This document shows, piece by piece, positions 50,501 to 63,600 of a DNA stretch of 64,000 nucleotides. Numbering within the stretch: position 1 is the first letter of the stretch; every line of letters starts with the position of its first letter. The stretch spans positions 51,710,001 through 51,774,000 of the forward strand of contig NC_087437.1 in NCBI RefSeq assembly GCF_036321535.1, given 5' to 3'. A program made the position numbers and the translations under genes. The stretch is from Camelus dromedarius. Its lineage: Eukaryota. The notes below the pieces were generated by a model. That model searched no databases. It was not told where the DNA came from and worked only from the letters and a program-made list of their open reading frames with translations.

Positions 50501-53500
50501 GGCCTCTTCCTGCAAAGGTCCAACAGCGCTGTTTTCTCAGCCCTTCCCTTCTAGGTGTTCTTCCCAAGGCCCTGTTCCTGTCCCTTGCTCCAACCCCGTT
50601 CAGATTCCTGGGGCTACTGACAGAGCCCCTCAGGACCTCTTTGGGCTGCTGTCCAGTCCCTGCTGGACCTGAGCCTCAACCAGATACTCATTATGTTACA
50701 TGGAGATATTTCAACCAGCAAAAGGGTCTTGGCTGATTTTTGAGATGCAGTCTGTACCTCTGTGAGAATACTGACAGGCAGCAGTGTGTTTATTTCCTAG
50801 AAAATAGTATTTTCTTTGCATCTACATTATATGATAATTTAAAAACAAAAACAAAAACAAAAACTGACCAACCCATCCTCTGCCCTCAGCTCCCCTCCCC
50901 ACCCTCAGGCTCACCTTCTTCTCTAGGTGTCAGGACACTTTCTTTGAGGGGAACCCGTAGAGTGTGTATGTGGGTGGTTAGGGAGTGGGGAGGCATTGGC
51001 CCAGGTCACTCCAGGTCCCTACTCTTGAGCTGGAACAGACCTACTGGGCTGGGCCATGCTGAGGGCATAGCTTGGGGAGAATTGGGATGGGGTTGGGGTT
51101 CCCCTTTTCCAGAAGGCATTGTTCTCCTCTGGGATCTCATACCCTGATAACAGCCTCAAGGGTCTGTGCCCCAAGATGCAGGGGACAATGGAATCAGAGG
51201 CCTAAGAAGGCCTGGACTTCTTTGGGTGGCTCCTGTGGGGACCTCTGACAAAACCTCTGTTGTCTGAAGGTGTGGGCTCCCTGTGGTGAAGGAAGCATGA
51301 GAAGCCTGGAGGCCAGGGGGTGGCTTATAGGGTCTCAGAGAGAACCTCTACAAATCTTTCTTCTCCCCTCGTGGGAGGATGGACGGGGTCAGTATGCACA
51401 TGCTGTGGTGGCTCTTTGGCCCTCTGGGCCTACTGTTCTTGGGAGGCTCTTCTTCTCTTAGGTTGTCCCAGGGTTGTGAGGAGTCTAGGCGTGTCAGCTG
51501 GGAACGTCTAGAGAGACCATTTCTCAGACAGCAGGATCCCCACTCGGCAACTTCCATGACAAGCAGGCAACTAGCCACTGCTTGACCACTCCCACGGACT
51601 GGGCAATCCCCGCCTCACAAGACAGTGCCTTCCAGGTTGGGTAGCTGAGATGACTGAAAAGATAGACATGGAGAGTCCAACCATAATGCTGGTCCCTCTG
51701 TGGAAGTGAAAAGGGGGTCAGAGAGCACAGCTGTGGATGTCTCCAGGAGGGAGGGAGGGAGGTAAGGCAGGCTGCCTGTTTAGGGTGAGGCCCAGATCCT
51801 GGGGAAAAGGTTTAGGCCTCGGAAGCAATGGTCTGGGTTTTTGCTCTGCCATTAACTCACTGTGTGGCCTTGAGGGAGTCCTTCCTTTCCCTGGGCCTCA
51901 GTTTCCATAACTGTAAACTTTATGGGCTGGGCCTGGGGACGTCTAAGGGCCCTGCCCCTGGCAACGGATGCTCTTCCGTGAGTCTATGAATAGCTGGCGA
52001 AGAGGGATCAGGTCCCTCCATGGGGGCTGGGCTGGCTCGAGATGCTCAGAGAATGGGCCCTGTGTGGGACTGGACAAGGTTCCCTTTCATTTCGTGAGGC
52101 CTTGGCAGCAGCCCAGCGCCCACAAACTCTCCCTCCTGCCAAGGTCAACCTGACCCTGACCTGGGGGGCACAACTGCCTGGGGCAGTTGAGGTCAGGAGC
52201 TGGCGACTTGGGAGAAGGAGCCCAGTGCAGAGGTTCAGACTCCTGTCCTCTGGCGGGGGTGAGGGTCTGAGCAACTGTAGTTGTGTGTGTCTTGAGTTCC
52301 CGACAGTGACACAGGGCTCTGCCCCACCCCACTGCAGTCTTGATGGTCCCTGGAAAGCCTTGGCATCAGACAAGCTTGGTATGGAATCCAGATCTGCCAC
52401 ACACTAGCCCAGTGACCTTCGGCAAGTCACTGCCTCTCCTCATCCAGAAGTCAGGGACTCTTAATTTTTACCCTGCATGGTTGCTGGGAGGTAGGACACA
52501 TATGTAAGCATCATGCCCACAGCATGCACTCCATGGAGTGTGGCTGTGATGATCCTCACCCAGCTAAGCAGTCGGTGACAAGTAACCGGAACCAGACTGG
52601 ACTCTTCCTGCTGCCTCAGCCCTCTGTCCCTTAGTCTGTTTGTCCGTCAGGGCCCTGGGGGCTTCCAATTCTCAGGCCCTAAAATCTGCACAATTTAAAG
52701 TAGTCAAAACAAACCCTTCACTCTATTTATGCTGAGAGGGAACAAGCTCCTGGCCAGGCCTAATGGGTTCCAGGTGTGCACTGTGCCCTGCAGCGGCTGG
52801 AGCAGGCGCGGTGGCCGTGGCTGGGACTCTGCCTGGCTGGCTGGGAAGGCTCATCTAGGCCAGACCTCTCCAGCCTGGTGCTTTGCCTATGAAGAGCATA
52901 GAGCTGGGCCAGGCGCTACCCAGTATGGTGGGGCAGCCCACCTGGGGCTCAGAGAGCCTGGGGTTTGGAGCCAGGAGGCACTGCCCCTAGCAGCATACTT
53001 GGGCGTCTCCCAGACTCTAACTTCCCACCTCTTCCCAACTACCCAGTCAATGCTGAGCACCTACTGTGTGTCCTGCCTTGACCTCAAGAGGTTCTGCAGT
53101 TGCTAAGATGATTTTCATGGAGCTGTAAAACTCTTTCTCACAGGAGGTCGACTGTGGGAGTGACCTCCCAGAGGGGCTCAGGGAACCAGGTGGGAGCCCA
53201 GAGGGCATGAGTGAGGTTTCTTTTATTATCATTATATATTAATTATCCTGTTATATAATCAGAGCGACCAGCTGTCATTTATTAATGGTGAACCATGGGG
53301 CCAGACACTATATTCGGTGCTTTCCATGCCTGAGCTCATCAATTCCTCGCAGCCATACATGGCCAGGCTCTTTTTCTCTCTCTCCAAGAACAGAGAGGGG
53401 ACAGGAAGCTCAAGGACACCAAGAGCTTGCTGGAGGTCACACAGTCAGGAACTGGCTGAAGTGGGGTTTGAGCCCAAGGTTGCCTGACCTCAAGGCAGGG

Positions 53501-55599
53501 CCTGTCTAGCTCTATTACACTTTTCACAGTCTTGTCCAGCTCTTCCCTAAAGAGTGGAGGAGAGTGCCAGAGTACGTGTGAGTGCCAATGGAGGACCTGG
53601 TTAGAAGGCAGAGCAGGGAGGGATTTCTCCCTGGAGTGATGTCAGAGGCTCACACACCCATCAGCTGGGCACATGGTCTGTTCCTCCAGACCCAGCCCAG
53701 AGGTGCCCCCAGCCTCCTCACCACCTCTGAACTGGGCACCGCTTCATCCCAAGCTGGGTAGCAGAGGGGACTGTCAGCATTGGGGCCACCATCTAATCAT
53801 CTCACTCTCACCCATGTCAGCTGGGCCCTCAGGGACAGACTGGGTTGTGACCCACCCTAGAATTGCAGGTGGTATGTGGGCATGATTGCCTCAGCCCTCC
53901 AGTTTGGGTAATTGTAAGTAATAATAATCTTTAGTCTCTATTGTCTCAATAATCATCTCATACATACAGACCTCTTATTGTTACAACTTCTCAAAACTCC
54001 TGGTACTTTGCTTCCTAACACCAATTTGAAATTATATATTTATTTACATATTTGTTTGATTAATTCTGCATTCTTGCTAGACTGCAAGCGCCAAAAGGGC
54101 AGTCTACTTCCTGCTGTATCCCCAGTGCTTGGCCCAGTGCCTTGACACATAGTCCATATGTGACAAATTTTTGTGGAATGTATTTATGGATGAATGAGTG
54201 AAATGGAGTCAGTGAGAAGCTAAGAAGAGGTGGGGCAGGGCCATAGAAGGAAGCTGAGAAGGGAGAGAGGTATCAGGATGAAGCTTTTGGAGTCTGTCTA
54301 TGGAGCTGGGGTGAGATGGCATTGACGGTGCCCCTTGAGAAGCCAGGTGTGGGTTGGGGATGAAACAGCCAAGCTGTAGGGCCTAGACCTGAACCACAGC
54401 CTCCCCTAGGCAGGAAATCAGAGGGAGCCTGTAAATTAAAGCCTCTCCTGCATTTCCATACCCTCACAATCCAGAAGGGCCACGAGCCAATTCTACCCAC
54501 CCCACCACTGACACTCAAAAGGGAATTCTGGAAGCACCTCAGTATTTGGTCCACTCAGGGAAGCCATGGAGGGTCAATCTAAAGTTGTAGGAAAGGACTT
54601 TTCCCAGCCTATGTCCTCTTTCCCTTGTGTCTCCAGAGCTGTTGAGCTCCTGATACCCTCTCCATCCCTCAATCCCTACTCCTTAGCCCCAGTATCCTGG
54701 GGGCATGGAAAGGGAAGTTTTTAGGAAGGTCTGGGTTCGAAACCAGCTCTATCACGTTCTAGATGGGAGACCTGGGGTACCCTTAGCTTCTCCACACTTC
54801 AGTTTCCTCATGTCTAGAACACAGATGATAATCTTCACCTTGTAGTGTTGCTGAAGGGCTAAACAAGATCAGGTGTGCAGAGCTATTCCAGTGTGAGACA
54901 CCAAGGCACTCAGTCAAGGGCACTTCTTGGGCTCTTATTCCTGCTCTGCCACCAAACAGCTGTGTGATCTTGGGGAGGACACATCACCTCTCTGGGGCTC
55001 AGCTTTATCTGTCAAACAAGAGGGCTGGATCAGTTCATCTCCAAGGCCCCTTCCAGCTCTGACTTGCTCGGTTCTATTCTGAGCAGGGAGCTCCACCTCT
55101 GGGGCAGGGGCAGCATGAACATTCTTTCAGCTCAGATTCAACCCAGGCACATGCTTGCCCAGCCCCATCCCGCACATTTAGCCTGTAGGTGTTGCCACAT
55201 TGGCCGCGCCCTTGGCACAAGCTGTACCCCCACTCCACCCCACTTGTCAGGGCCACAGGTGGGTGGCTCCCTTCTTGGGGGCTGAAGGAGTCTGGGAGGA
55301 CAGAGGAGGAGGATAGGATGGGAGAGAAGAGGTAAGGATAGAAGGGCTAGAGGAGAGTAGTGAGGGGTAAGGGCAAGGCAGGGCCTTGAGCCCTGTGGAA
55401 TTAATTTTCCGCCCTGCTACTTCCTAAAGATGTGTGTCCTTGGGCAAGTGGCTTTAACCTCTCGGATGCCTATTTCCTCGCTTATGAACCAATAATAATA
55501 ATTTTTAAAACCCCATTAGATTATTGTGAAAAGTAAATGAAAGAATATATGTCAAGTGTCTGGCATTCTGGAGTTTTGTTCTCTGGAGGTGGGAAGGAC

Positions 55600-56430
55600 A
55601 CACACCCTTCCCTCAGCCCCCCGGGAGGGGGAAGTTCCATGAAGGCACTGTGGGGGCGCTTGGCCGGCTTTCCCGTGGGCCTGCGGTCCTCACCCTGCAG
55701 CCGGAGCCCCTTCCCCCTGGGCTGGCAGCCTGGGGTCCTGGGCCGGGAGACCCAGCCCATGGGGTTGAGGGGAGGGCTGCGGCCAGAGCCAGCTCCCGCC
55801 CCCCACCCGCACCGCCTCTGCTTCTGCGCTAGCGCCTTTGATCTGCAACCTTCAGGGGGATTAAGAGCCTGAGAGCCCCTCTCCCCGGGGTCCCCCGCTC
55901 CCCGCCGCCCTCCCTCTGGGCTGACCTCCCAGTCGGCGGCCCCGGCTGGGGGCTGGCTCCGCCGCCGGTGGTCCCGGCTCCTGCCCGCCGCGCCTCCGGG
56001 CAGGCCACTGGGATTACAGGGGCAGCGGCCGCGGCTGGCGGCTTCCGGGAGCCCGGGGGCCTGGGGCCCTGGGGAGTGGGACAGGGGGAGTGGGCTGGGT
56101 GTGGGGTGGGTGCGGGCCCCGGCGCCTCCCGGCCATTTTGGCTGGGGAATCTGTGTAAAGTGTTTAAAAAGAAAAACTCTCCGGAGGAGGACGTAACCTT
56201 TTCTTAACATCTGGGGCTCAATTAGCTAATGACAGCAAAGCCTTCTCCGGTGTCGCTGACCCCTGGGCAGCAGCCCCGCTCCCCAACCCCCGATATTTAT
56301 ACAGCTGCGGCCCCTCGCTGGGACGCGGGGCAGGGGGCTTGGCTGGGTTATCTCGGCAGAGATCCGCCGCCCACCCCAAAAAAGAGAAAGAAAAGGCTTA
56401 GTACACGGTCCCACCCTCCGGCCCCACAGC
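55600..56430. promoter_or_regulatory. Orphan CpG island A
   Basis: GC/CpG-rich (includes GCGGCCGC); no coding exon recognised. Confidence 0.7.
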
Positions 56431-56870
56431 CCTCCTCCTCGCCGCTAGCTCTATCCCCTCCCTCTCCCAGTTCTTGTCACTGCCTCTTCCCTCCTCCCCT
56501 GGTCCTCTCGGCTCTCCTCCTCTTCCTCCTCTACCCTCCTTCTCTCCTTCCTTTCTTCTCCTCTCCTCTTCTCTTTCCTTCATGCCTCTCCCTTTCTCGC
56601 TACTCTCTGCTTTGCCTCTTCTCCACTCTCTCCCTCTCTGCTCTGTCTCCCCTCCTCCTGCTCCCCCCCCCCCGCCCCTTGCCTGATTGTTTCTTTTTTC
56701 TCCCCTTTTCCTCTGTCTTTTCTTTCTCTCCCCAGCGGCCTCCCCTCTCTAACTCTGAATAGCTCCCTTGTTCCCCTCTGGGTTCCTGTCTCTCCTTCTT
56801 ATTCTAGTGCTTCCTCCCCACCTTTTCTCTCCCTGTCTCAATCTCTGAATGCCTCTCTGTCTGTCCTCCC
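56430..56870. repeat. CT-rich polypyrimidine low-complexity tract
   Basis: ~440 bp that is predominantly C/T on the + strand. Confidence 0.9.
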
Positions 56871-57989
56871 AGAGGTGTGTACTGCCCTGGCTGCCAGGAA
56901 GCTACCCCCGAGGCGAGCAGCCTAGTGCTGGACCACCTCTGGGCCAAGCATCCTTCTTACCACAGAGCTGGGCCGGCCTGGGGCTGGGCACTTACAGCCC
57001 TTCCTGGATCCCTAGTGTGGGAAGCGTGGGAGGACTGTGTTTCAGGCACCAACGCTTCATGGTTAGAACCAGAGGGGCTCCTTAGGGGCTTCTCAAGATG
57101 CCCTGCCGCTCCAGCTCCTGGAATCTCACCATCCCTGCCACTTGATCACTGCCACCCCACCCCAACACCCTGCTTGGTATTTTGAATCTGGAAGCAAGTG
57201 CAAACACACACTTTCCTCTTTGTCTTCCTTCAGTGCAGTTAAAACAGGCTGGAATCTTTAAAAAAATCACCAATACTAAGAAAAAAAGTGATAAATGCAG
57301 AAACTATAAACAGTACAAAATAGTATTGTCCAAAGGCAGTGTGGGGTAGCAAAGAAGAGAACAGGATTTGGAATTGGAGAAGCTGGGTTCAACTTGGAAC
57401 CTTGCTGTTTAAACAATTCTGTAATCCTTGAGGAATCACTTGAGCTACAGTTCCCTCGTCTGTGAAATGGGGATAATAATAGTTATTAAACAATAATGAA
57501 ATTCATAGCCTACATGACTGCAGTCAGTGTTAGGCCAAGTTCTTGCGTTAGGACATTTGCTTTTTATTTTCCTAGAGTCTATGATTTTTCCAGGATAGCG
57601 TCATGTTCCAGAATTCTACCTCTTGCTCTTCCAAATATACTTGAAACTCTTGTACCCCTTGCAGACTTCTCTAAGAGTGAAAGCTTCAGATCGTTTTCAC
57701 AGAAAAACGAAGGTGGAAACGTTTGCAAACAATGGGGTGGGAGTTCCCAGAGTTCCTGAAGCTCGAGGGTCATGCTGGGTAGGGCCTTTGGCTTACTATG
57801 TCTTGGGAACCTGTGGCGGGTTCTTGGCATGTAGGATCATGAATGCCGACGAGAGCCAACCAAAAAGTACTGTCACCCCCTTTTAACACCTGGAGAAACA
57901 GAGAAGCAATCGTCCAAGTACCACTGCTGTCTCGAGGCAGAAACTGGATTGGACCCCAGGGGTCTCTCCTCTAGGGCCCAGGAGGGTGT

Positions 57990-58890
57990 CTCCCCACCGG
58001 TAAGCGGGAGAAGGGGGAGAGGTGCTCGGCCACTTTGGGCAGCCCGAGTCGGGCAGAGGGGCACGGCTGGCACTCTCTCTGGGAGGCCTTGGTAGTTGGG
58101 CTCTACCCTCCGACCCTGAGCCGGCCAACCATGGGTGCAGGCGGGAGGGATGGGGACACAGGGAGGGGTGCTGAGCCCTCTCTACCGCTGCTGCGCCCGC
58201 GCTGCCCCCAGGACAGGCTCCCCGAGCGCCGGGCTCGCCGCCGGCACCGGATGAAGAATCCCGAGAAGGCTTAATTTGCAGGAAGACATTCTCATCAGAT
58301 CTCGTCTCCGGCAGCGGAGCGCTGCTGCCGAGGGTCGAAGTGGGCTCCTGCCAGCTCCCCTCCCCCGGGCCCCGGCCAGGCGAGAAACAGAGATGGTGGG
58401 GGCAAAAACTGGAGCCCCGGCGCCGAGCGGCCGCAAGGGGCCGAGGCCTTTGAGAGCTTGGCTGCCTGTTGCCAAGGTCAATCAAACCCTCCCACGCTCG
58501 GGAGGCGCGAGCTGCGTGCGCCGGGAGGAGAAGGAAAAAAGACCGTAGGTGGGGTCCCGGGACGGCTGGCCAGGGTGGGGCAGGGGCCTAGCCTCTGCGA
58601 ACGCTTCCTGCCCCGTCTCGGGGCCGGTGCTCGGGATTCCCGCGGCCGAGGAATAAGGGGGTGGGGGGCGCGGGCCAGAGGCTGGGACCCAGGCAGCGGT
58701 GTATGACCCACCCGGCGGAAATGGAGGCTAATTACGGACGTCTTTATGCTAACATGCACCTGGCTGGGCTTTTCTAGGGCGGAGAAAGTGTGCAGAGTAG
58801 AAAGGAAGAAGTTCCGGAGAGCGGGAAAGTTCCGGAAGCACTTGATTCCGTGATAAAAAAAAAACCTGCAGGGCTCTGCTCACGCGCTGT
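57990..58890. promoter_or_regulatory. Orphan CpG island B
   Basis: GC/CpG-rich; CGGAA ETS-like cores near 58715-58840; no coding exon recognised. Confidence 0.7.
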
Positions 58891-60208
58891 GTGGCCTTGG
58901 GGAAGTTACTTGAGGATGTTATTGGGCTTAAGTGTTCTACTCTGAAAAAGAGAGAACACGGGTCGTTTTCTTCCCAAGCTCGGTCACTCTGTCAGCAACA
59001 AGATGGAAGTCTGACCCTCAGGTTGATCTCGGAAGATAGAGAGGGGCCAGGTTGCGGGAGGTGTGAGGGGTGTATCACAGGGCAGAATCCTGGGCGTTGC
59101 AGAGCATCCAAGTCGCAAAAACCAGGAGCGCGATTCCAAGGGCCTGTGGCTAACTGTCTCCACTGTTGCCCAGAAGTCAAAGTGAGGGCCCCAAGGAAGG
59201 AGGCCAAACAAAGGTCCCCGGATTTGTGGCAGGAGGGTCAGAAGGAGGTGGTTTGGTGGTAAAAGAAGATGGGAGATGGGGTGGGCAGCAGGTTGGAGAA
59301 GTGGGTGTTTTACCATGGGACCCATCTGAGCTTTATTATAAGGTTGGGGGTGGAGGGCAGGGATGGATTGAAGATGCCAAGGAGAGAAAGGGGAGATGAC
59401 TGATGGGATTATGTCCTGAAGAAGGCCTAAGGGTGGGAGCTAGGACACAGGTGGGAAGGAAAAGGAGACACACTGGGGAGGTGGGTGGGGCGAGGAGGAG
59501 AGGATGTTTTTACCCAGAGAGAACTCTCTTCATGAGTCTTACTCAACTCAGTGGTGGAGGAGATCTCAGTGTGGTCACCTAGTGAGGAGTGAAAATGGAC
59601 CTGGGAAGAAACCACCATGGAGACCAAATCAGGATTAGGGTGGGGAGGATGGAAGGGCTGATGAGTAGGAGTGCTGTTGAGGTTGAATTACAGGAATTTG
59701 AAAGCAAAGTAAAAGAAATCTTTGAGGGGCCGGGAGAGGCTGGCATTTATGAGATCGTCTTGTACCCTTCCATACATTGTCTCTTTTAATTCCCCACCAG
59801 TAGGTATTATTAATCCCATTTTATAGTTGGGGAAGTGGAGGCTCAGAGTGCTGAGGAACTTTGTCCAAGGTCACTCAGCTGGTAAGAGATGAAGTCCTGA
59901 TTTGAACCCACATCTGTCTGCCTCAGAATGGAGGCTGCTACCATTTTGTTCCACTGGGCAGGAGTCCTGACCCTGGGGCCTCAGTAGTCCTTCCTTCCCC
60001 GGGTGTGGCCATCCTGGGGTGCTGACCCACTTGCCTGGAAGGAAGGGGCTGGGCTTTCGACCCAGTGCAGGCTGTCCTGAGCCAGCCTGAACTTGCAGGA
60101 AGCCTCCACCCAGCTGAGATGTGGGGGGAAAGAGTGGGCTTTTTTTCCCTAAATGAGATCAGAACATATATATTTTTCTGCAATGTACCATTTTTAGCTT
60201 AATGTTTC

Positions 60209-60222
60209 CATATATGTGTGTG

Positions 60223-60251
<29 letters not shown>
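60209..60251. repeat. (TG)n(TA)n(CA)n microsatellite
   Basis: catatatgtgtgtgtatatatacacacacacacacacacacac. Confidence 0.9.
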
Positions 60252-60254
<3 letters not shown>

Positions 60255-60289
60255 TTAAAGTTGTGTTGTCCTCCTTTGTATAGTTATTC

Positions 60290-60605
60290 TGTTTATTACT
60301 TACTTTTTCCCCTACAAGTTTTGCAGTCATAGTGCTTTAGTGCACATCCATCTTTGTGAGAATATCTTTGAGCAGATAGAGATACTTCTACATGATAGAG
60401 TCCTAGAAGTGGCATCAGTGGGTCAAGGATATGCTTATTTTCAGTTCTTATGGATAGTCCTAAACCTCCCTCCCAAGAAGCTGTTCCCTCCATCAAAGTA
60501 TGAGTGTACCCATTCTTTCACAGCCTGGCCTCTGGGTATCATACAATGTATACATATTGTCCAATCTAGTGAGCAAAAAAGAGTTTTTCACTTTTGTTTT
60601 GTAAA
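60290..60605 (-). mobile_element. Old L1M fragment
   Basis: gatagagtcctagaagtggcatcagtgggtcaagg...tatgagtgtacccattctttcacagcc resembles antisense L1 ORF2-end text. Confidence 0.55.
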
Positions 60606-63600
60606 GACCTGAAAAAGAGCTCAAGAATGAGTAGCAGAAATTTAGAGCAGCTCTGAGGAAGAACTTAAGGTCAGTGAATGCTATCAGGACCTAGATAAGA
60701 GAGGCAGCACAATTCCTTTCTCTGAGCACATTGCGATGCTTCTAGTGGATCAGACAGCCCCGGAGCTCTGCGTAAGGGCTGACTACCTTGGCACATACAG
60801 GCTGTGTGAAGTCTAGCTCCGCAGAGTTTACAGGAACAAGCTAACAGGCTGCAGGGGGCAGAGGAGGGCAGTTTCAGGGAGGGCTTAGGAATGAGTTGGG
60901 CTTCCTGAAAGAGGCAGGGAAGATGAGGGCCACCAGGCTCTGAGTGCTAGATGAAAACTGGTCGGTCCATAGGCTGTGGAGGTGAATGATGGAAAGAGAA
61001 TAGGACTTCAGATTCAGCTTAGCAAAGGTGGAGGTGGGAGAAGATGGAGAGTGGTGAGAGCACCCCCCACCCACACACCCACCCACAAACCTCCCCCTAG
61101 GCTATTCATGACACAGTTGATATTTTTGAGTACTTATTATATGACATTGCCTTAAGTGTTCAATTTATTGAATAATTTTGCCCTTGCAGCAATTCTATGA
61201 GATAAGTATAATGATTATTCCCATTTTAGAGATGAGGACATGGAAGTATAGAGTTAAGTTGCTTATGCAAGGTGACAACGATAGAAAGTGGCCAAACTAG
61301 AATTCAGACTCAGGCTGTGGGACTTCCATGTCCCTGCTTTCAGCCACTACACACATGGCTTTTCACAGCTTTCCTTAGCCAATATACTAATAACTACCAT
61401 TAACTGAGAGCAAACTAGGCACACTATGTTTTTTGTCTCTAATGCTTTCAACAAGACTATGTAATAGAAGATATTATCCTTAATTTAAATTTGAGAAAAG
61501 TGAAGTTCAGAGAAGCTGGGTACCTTGGCTAAGATGACCCAGCTAAAAAGAACTTGAGTAGAATTTGCACTCATATTTGTATGAATCAGAAGCCCCTGCC
61601 ACTTCCACATCACCACAGGACCTTTCGTGACATAAGGAGAGGAGAACTAGCATAGCAGAGTGGTCAGGGCTGGAAGTGACCTCTGAAACCGTCTAATCCA
61701 AATCTCTTGTTATAGACGAAGAAAGGAAGGTACAGAGAATGTACATGCCCAACGTTACACAGCAAGTCTCAGAACCAGGCACATCTCCTGGGTTCCTGGT
61801 CTTCTATGGGAATTGAATGCTTTACCTCATCTCTGCAGAGAAGAGAGTGTGTGAGAGCAGCCTAGAGGAAGAATCTATGTGTATCTGGGGTGGGGGAGGG
61901 TGGGGATCCTGTCTGCATTGCTGGGGAGAGCCCAGCCTTATCAGCAGGGCTGACTAGGAAGCAGAGTGACAATTTGGAAGGGAAATCTGGGGAAGCCATC
62001 CTTTTTCTGGAACAGAGACCTGGAACCTCCCCACTCCAACCCTCCCTTACATGCCTCCTGCCCTGGCCTTCCGAGTGTGTGCAGTCTACTCCCACCTTAA
62101 GCACAGCATGAGCTGATGTCCTGGACAGAGCTTCTTTTGAAGGGTTTCAAGAGTCTCTCACCATCCTGGGTGACCCAAGGACTGCCATTTCACCTTATAA
62201 TGCCTCCTGGTAAGTTATGCATGGTCCTTTCCAAGGGTACATTTAAAAATGCAAATTACCCTGGGACCTAGCAACACAGTGAAAAGCAGATATCAGTCAT
62301 TCACGCCTTCCTGTGAATTCGTTTGTGAGCTAGGATGGTACCTATTCTCAGAGTTCCTAGATTCTCTGAATACTTTAAAAATTTGGATTCAAATTTCAAT
62401 AGTATTAAAATAGTTATAAAGACAGAAGTCTCTGCAGTTAAACATTTTCATGTAATAAGACTTCAGTTCCTTTAGTTGGTATTGCACAAATCAGGTCTGT
62501 GAACTGCTCAGAGCTCACAGATAGGAGCTATGAGAATTGCTTTTCTTTCAAGAGGTCCATTCATGCACAAGTCTGGGAGACTTTAAGTAAGGATGACACA
62601 GGTGCAAAGTCTGTTACAATAGGTCTTTCTGGCCCTGGCACCATGTTCCAATGTATGGGGGGCCCGGAGATCTGGGCTCTAGTCTTGGCCTCTTGACTAC
62701 TCGGGGCCTCAGTTTCTCCAGGTGTAAAATTCACTCCCTCTTCACTTCACCTCTGCCAGGCCTATGCCGGTTGCCAAGAGGGATAAAATGTGAATGAGAT
62801 TCAAGCCTATGAGGTCCAAACAAGGTGGTGAGGGCACCAAATCTGGCACCTTCCTGTCTGACAGTTCAATGCAGACGGTAGACAAAGGCTATGGGAGTCT
62901 AGTGGAGGAATAAGTCACTTCCGCCTGCCAAGCACAGGTGGGCTTTGTAGCTGAACTAGCTTTGAGACTGGGCCTTGAACCAAGGCCATCGCAGGTGAGG
63001 GTGCTGGTCCTATAGGCAGAGAGGATGGTTGAAGCGGGCTGGGTGTGGTGGGCTTATGGACAGAGCTGGGGTGTGAAGTACTTTAACAAGACTGGACCTA
63101 TAGCTGAAGGACCTCTGAGACTGTCTCATCCAACTCTCTAGGATACAAGGGAACATCATGAGGCCCAAATTGGTTCAAGAACCTCTCCCCTAGTCACACA
63201 GCCAGTTGGGACTGTGCAGACAGCAAGGAAGTGGGCAAGAATTCTTCAACTTGGAGCTGAGTTCCCAGCCTCAGGAATGTTTTTAGCCCAAGCTGGCAAC
63301 CCCCTCTTCTACCACACACTTCACAAAGCCTACTGCGGGCTCCAGCAACCCACCTCTCTCCCACCCTCAGAGCTCCTGAGACACATTGGCCCACACACCT
63401 GGGGGGCGTTTTAGGTTTATGTCCGCTCAACAAAACAGCCACATCCTGGCGGAAACCAAGGTGGAGGGAAGCCTTTAGCCCACCCTTCCCTTCCCCTCGT
63501 CCTTGGGCTGCAGTAACAGAACCCAGGCTGGAGAGAGGTGTAAAAACCAGAACGCGCAAAAGGCCTCCCCAGGTCCCAGCCTGCATAACTGCCCAAGCTG

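Noticed and set aside
56229..56762. 177-aa hydrophobic Leu/Ser/Pro/Phe ORF resembling a membrane protein
   Set aside because: Translation of the CT-rich tract; an artefact of composition
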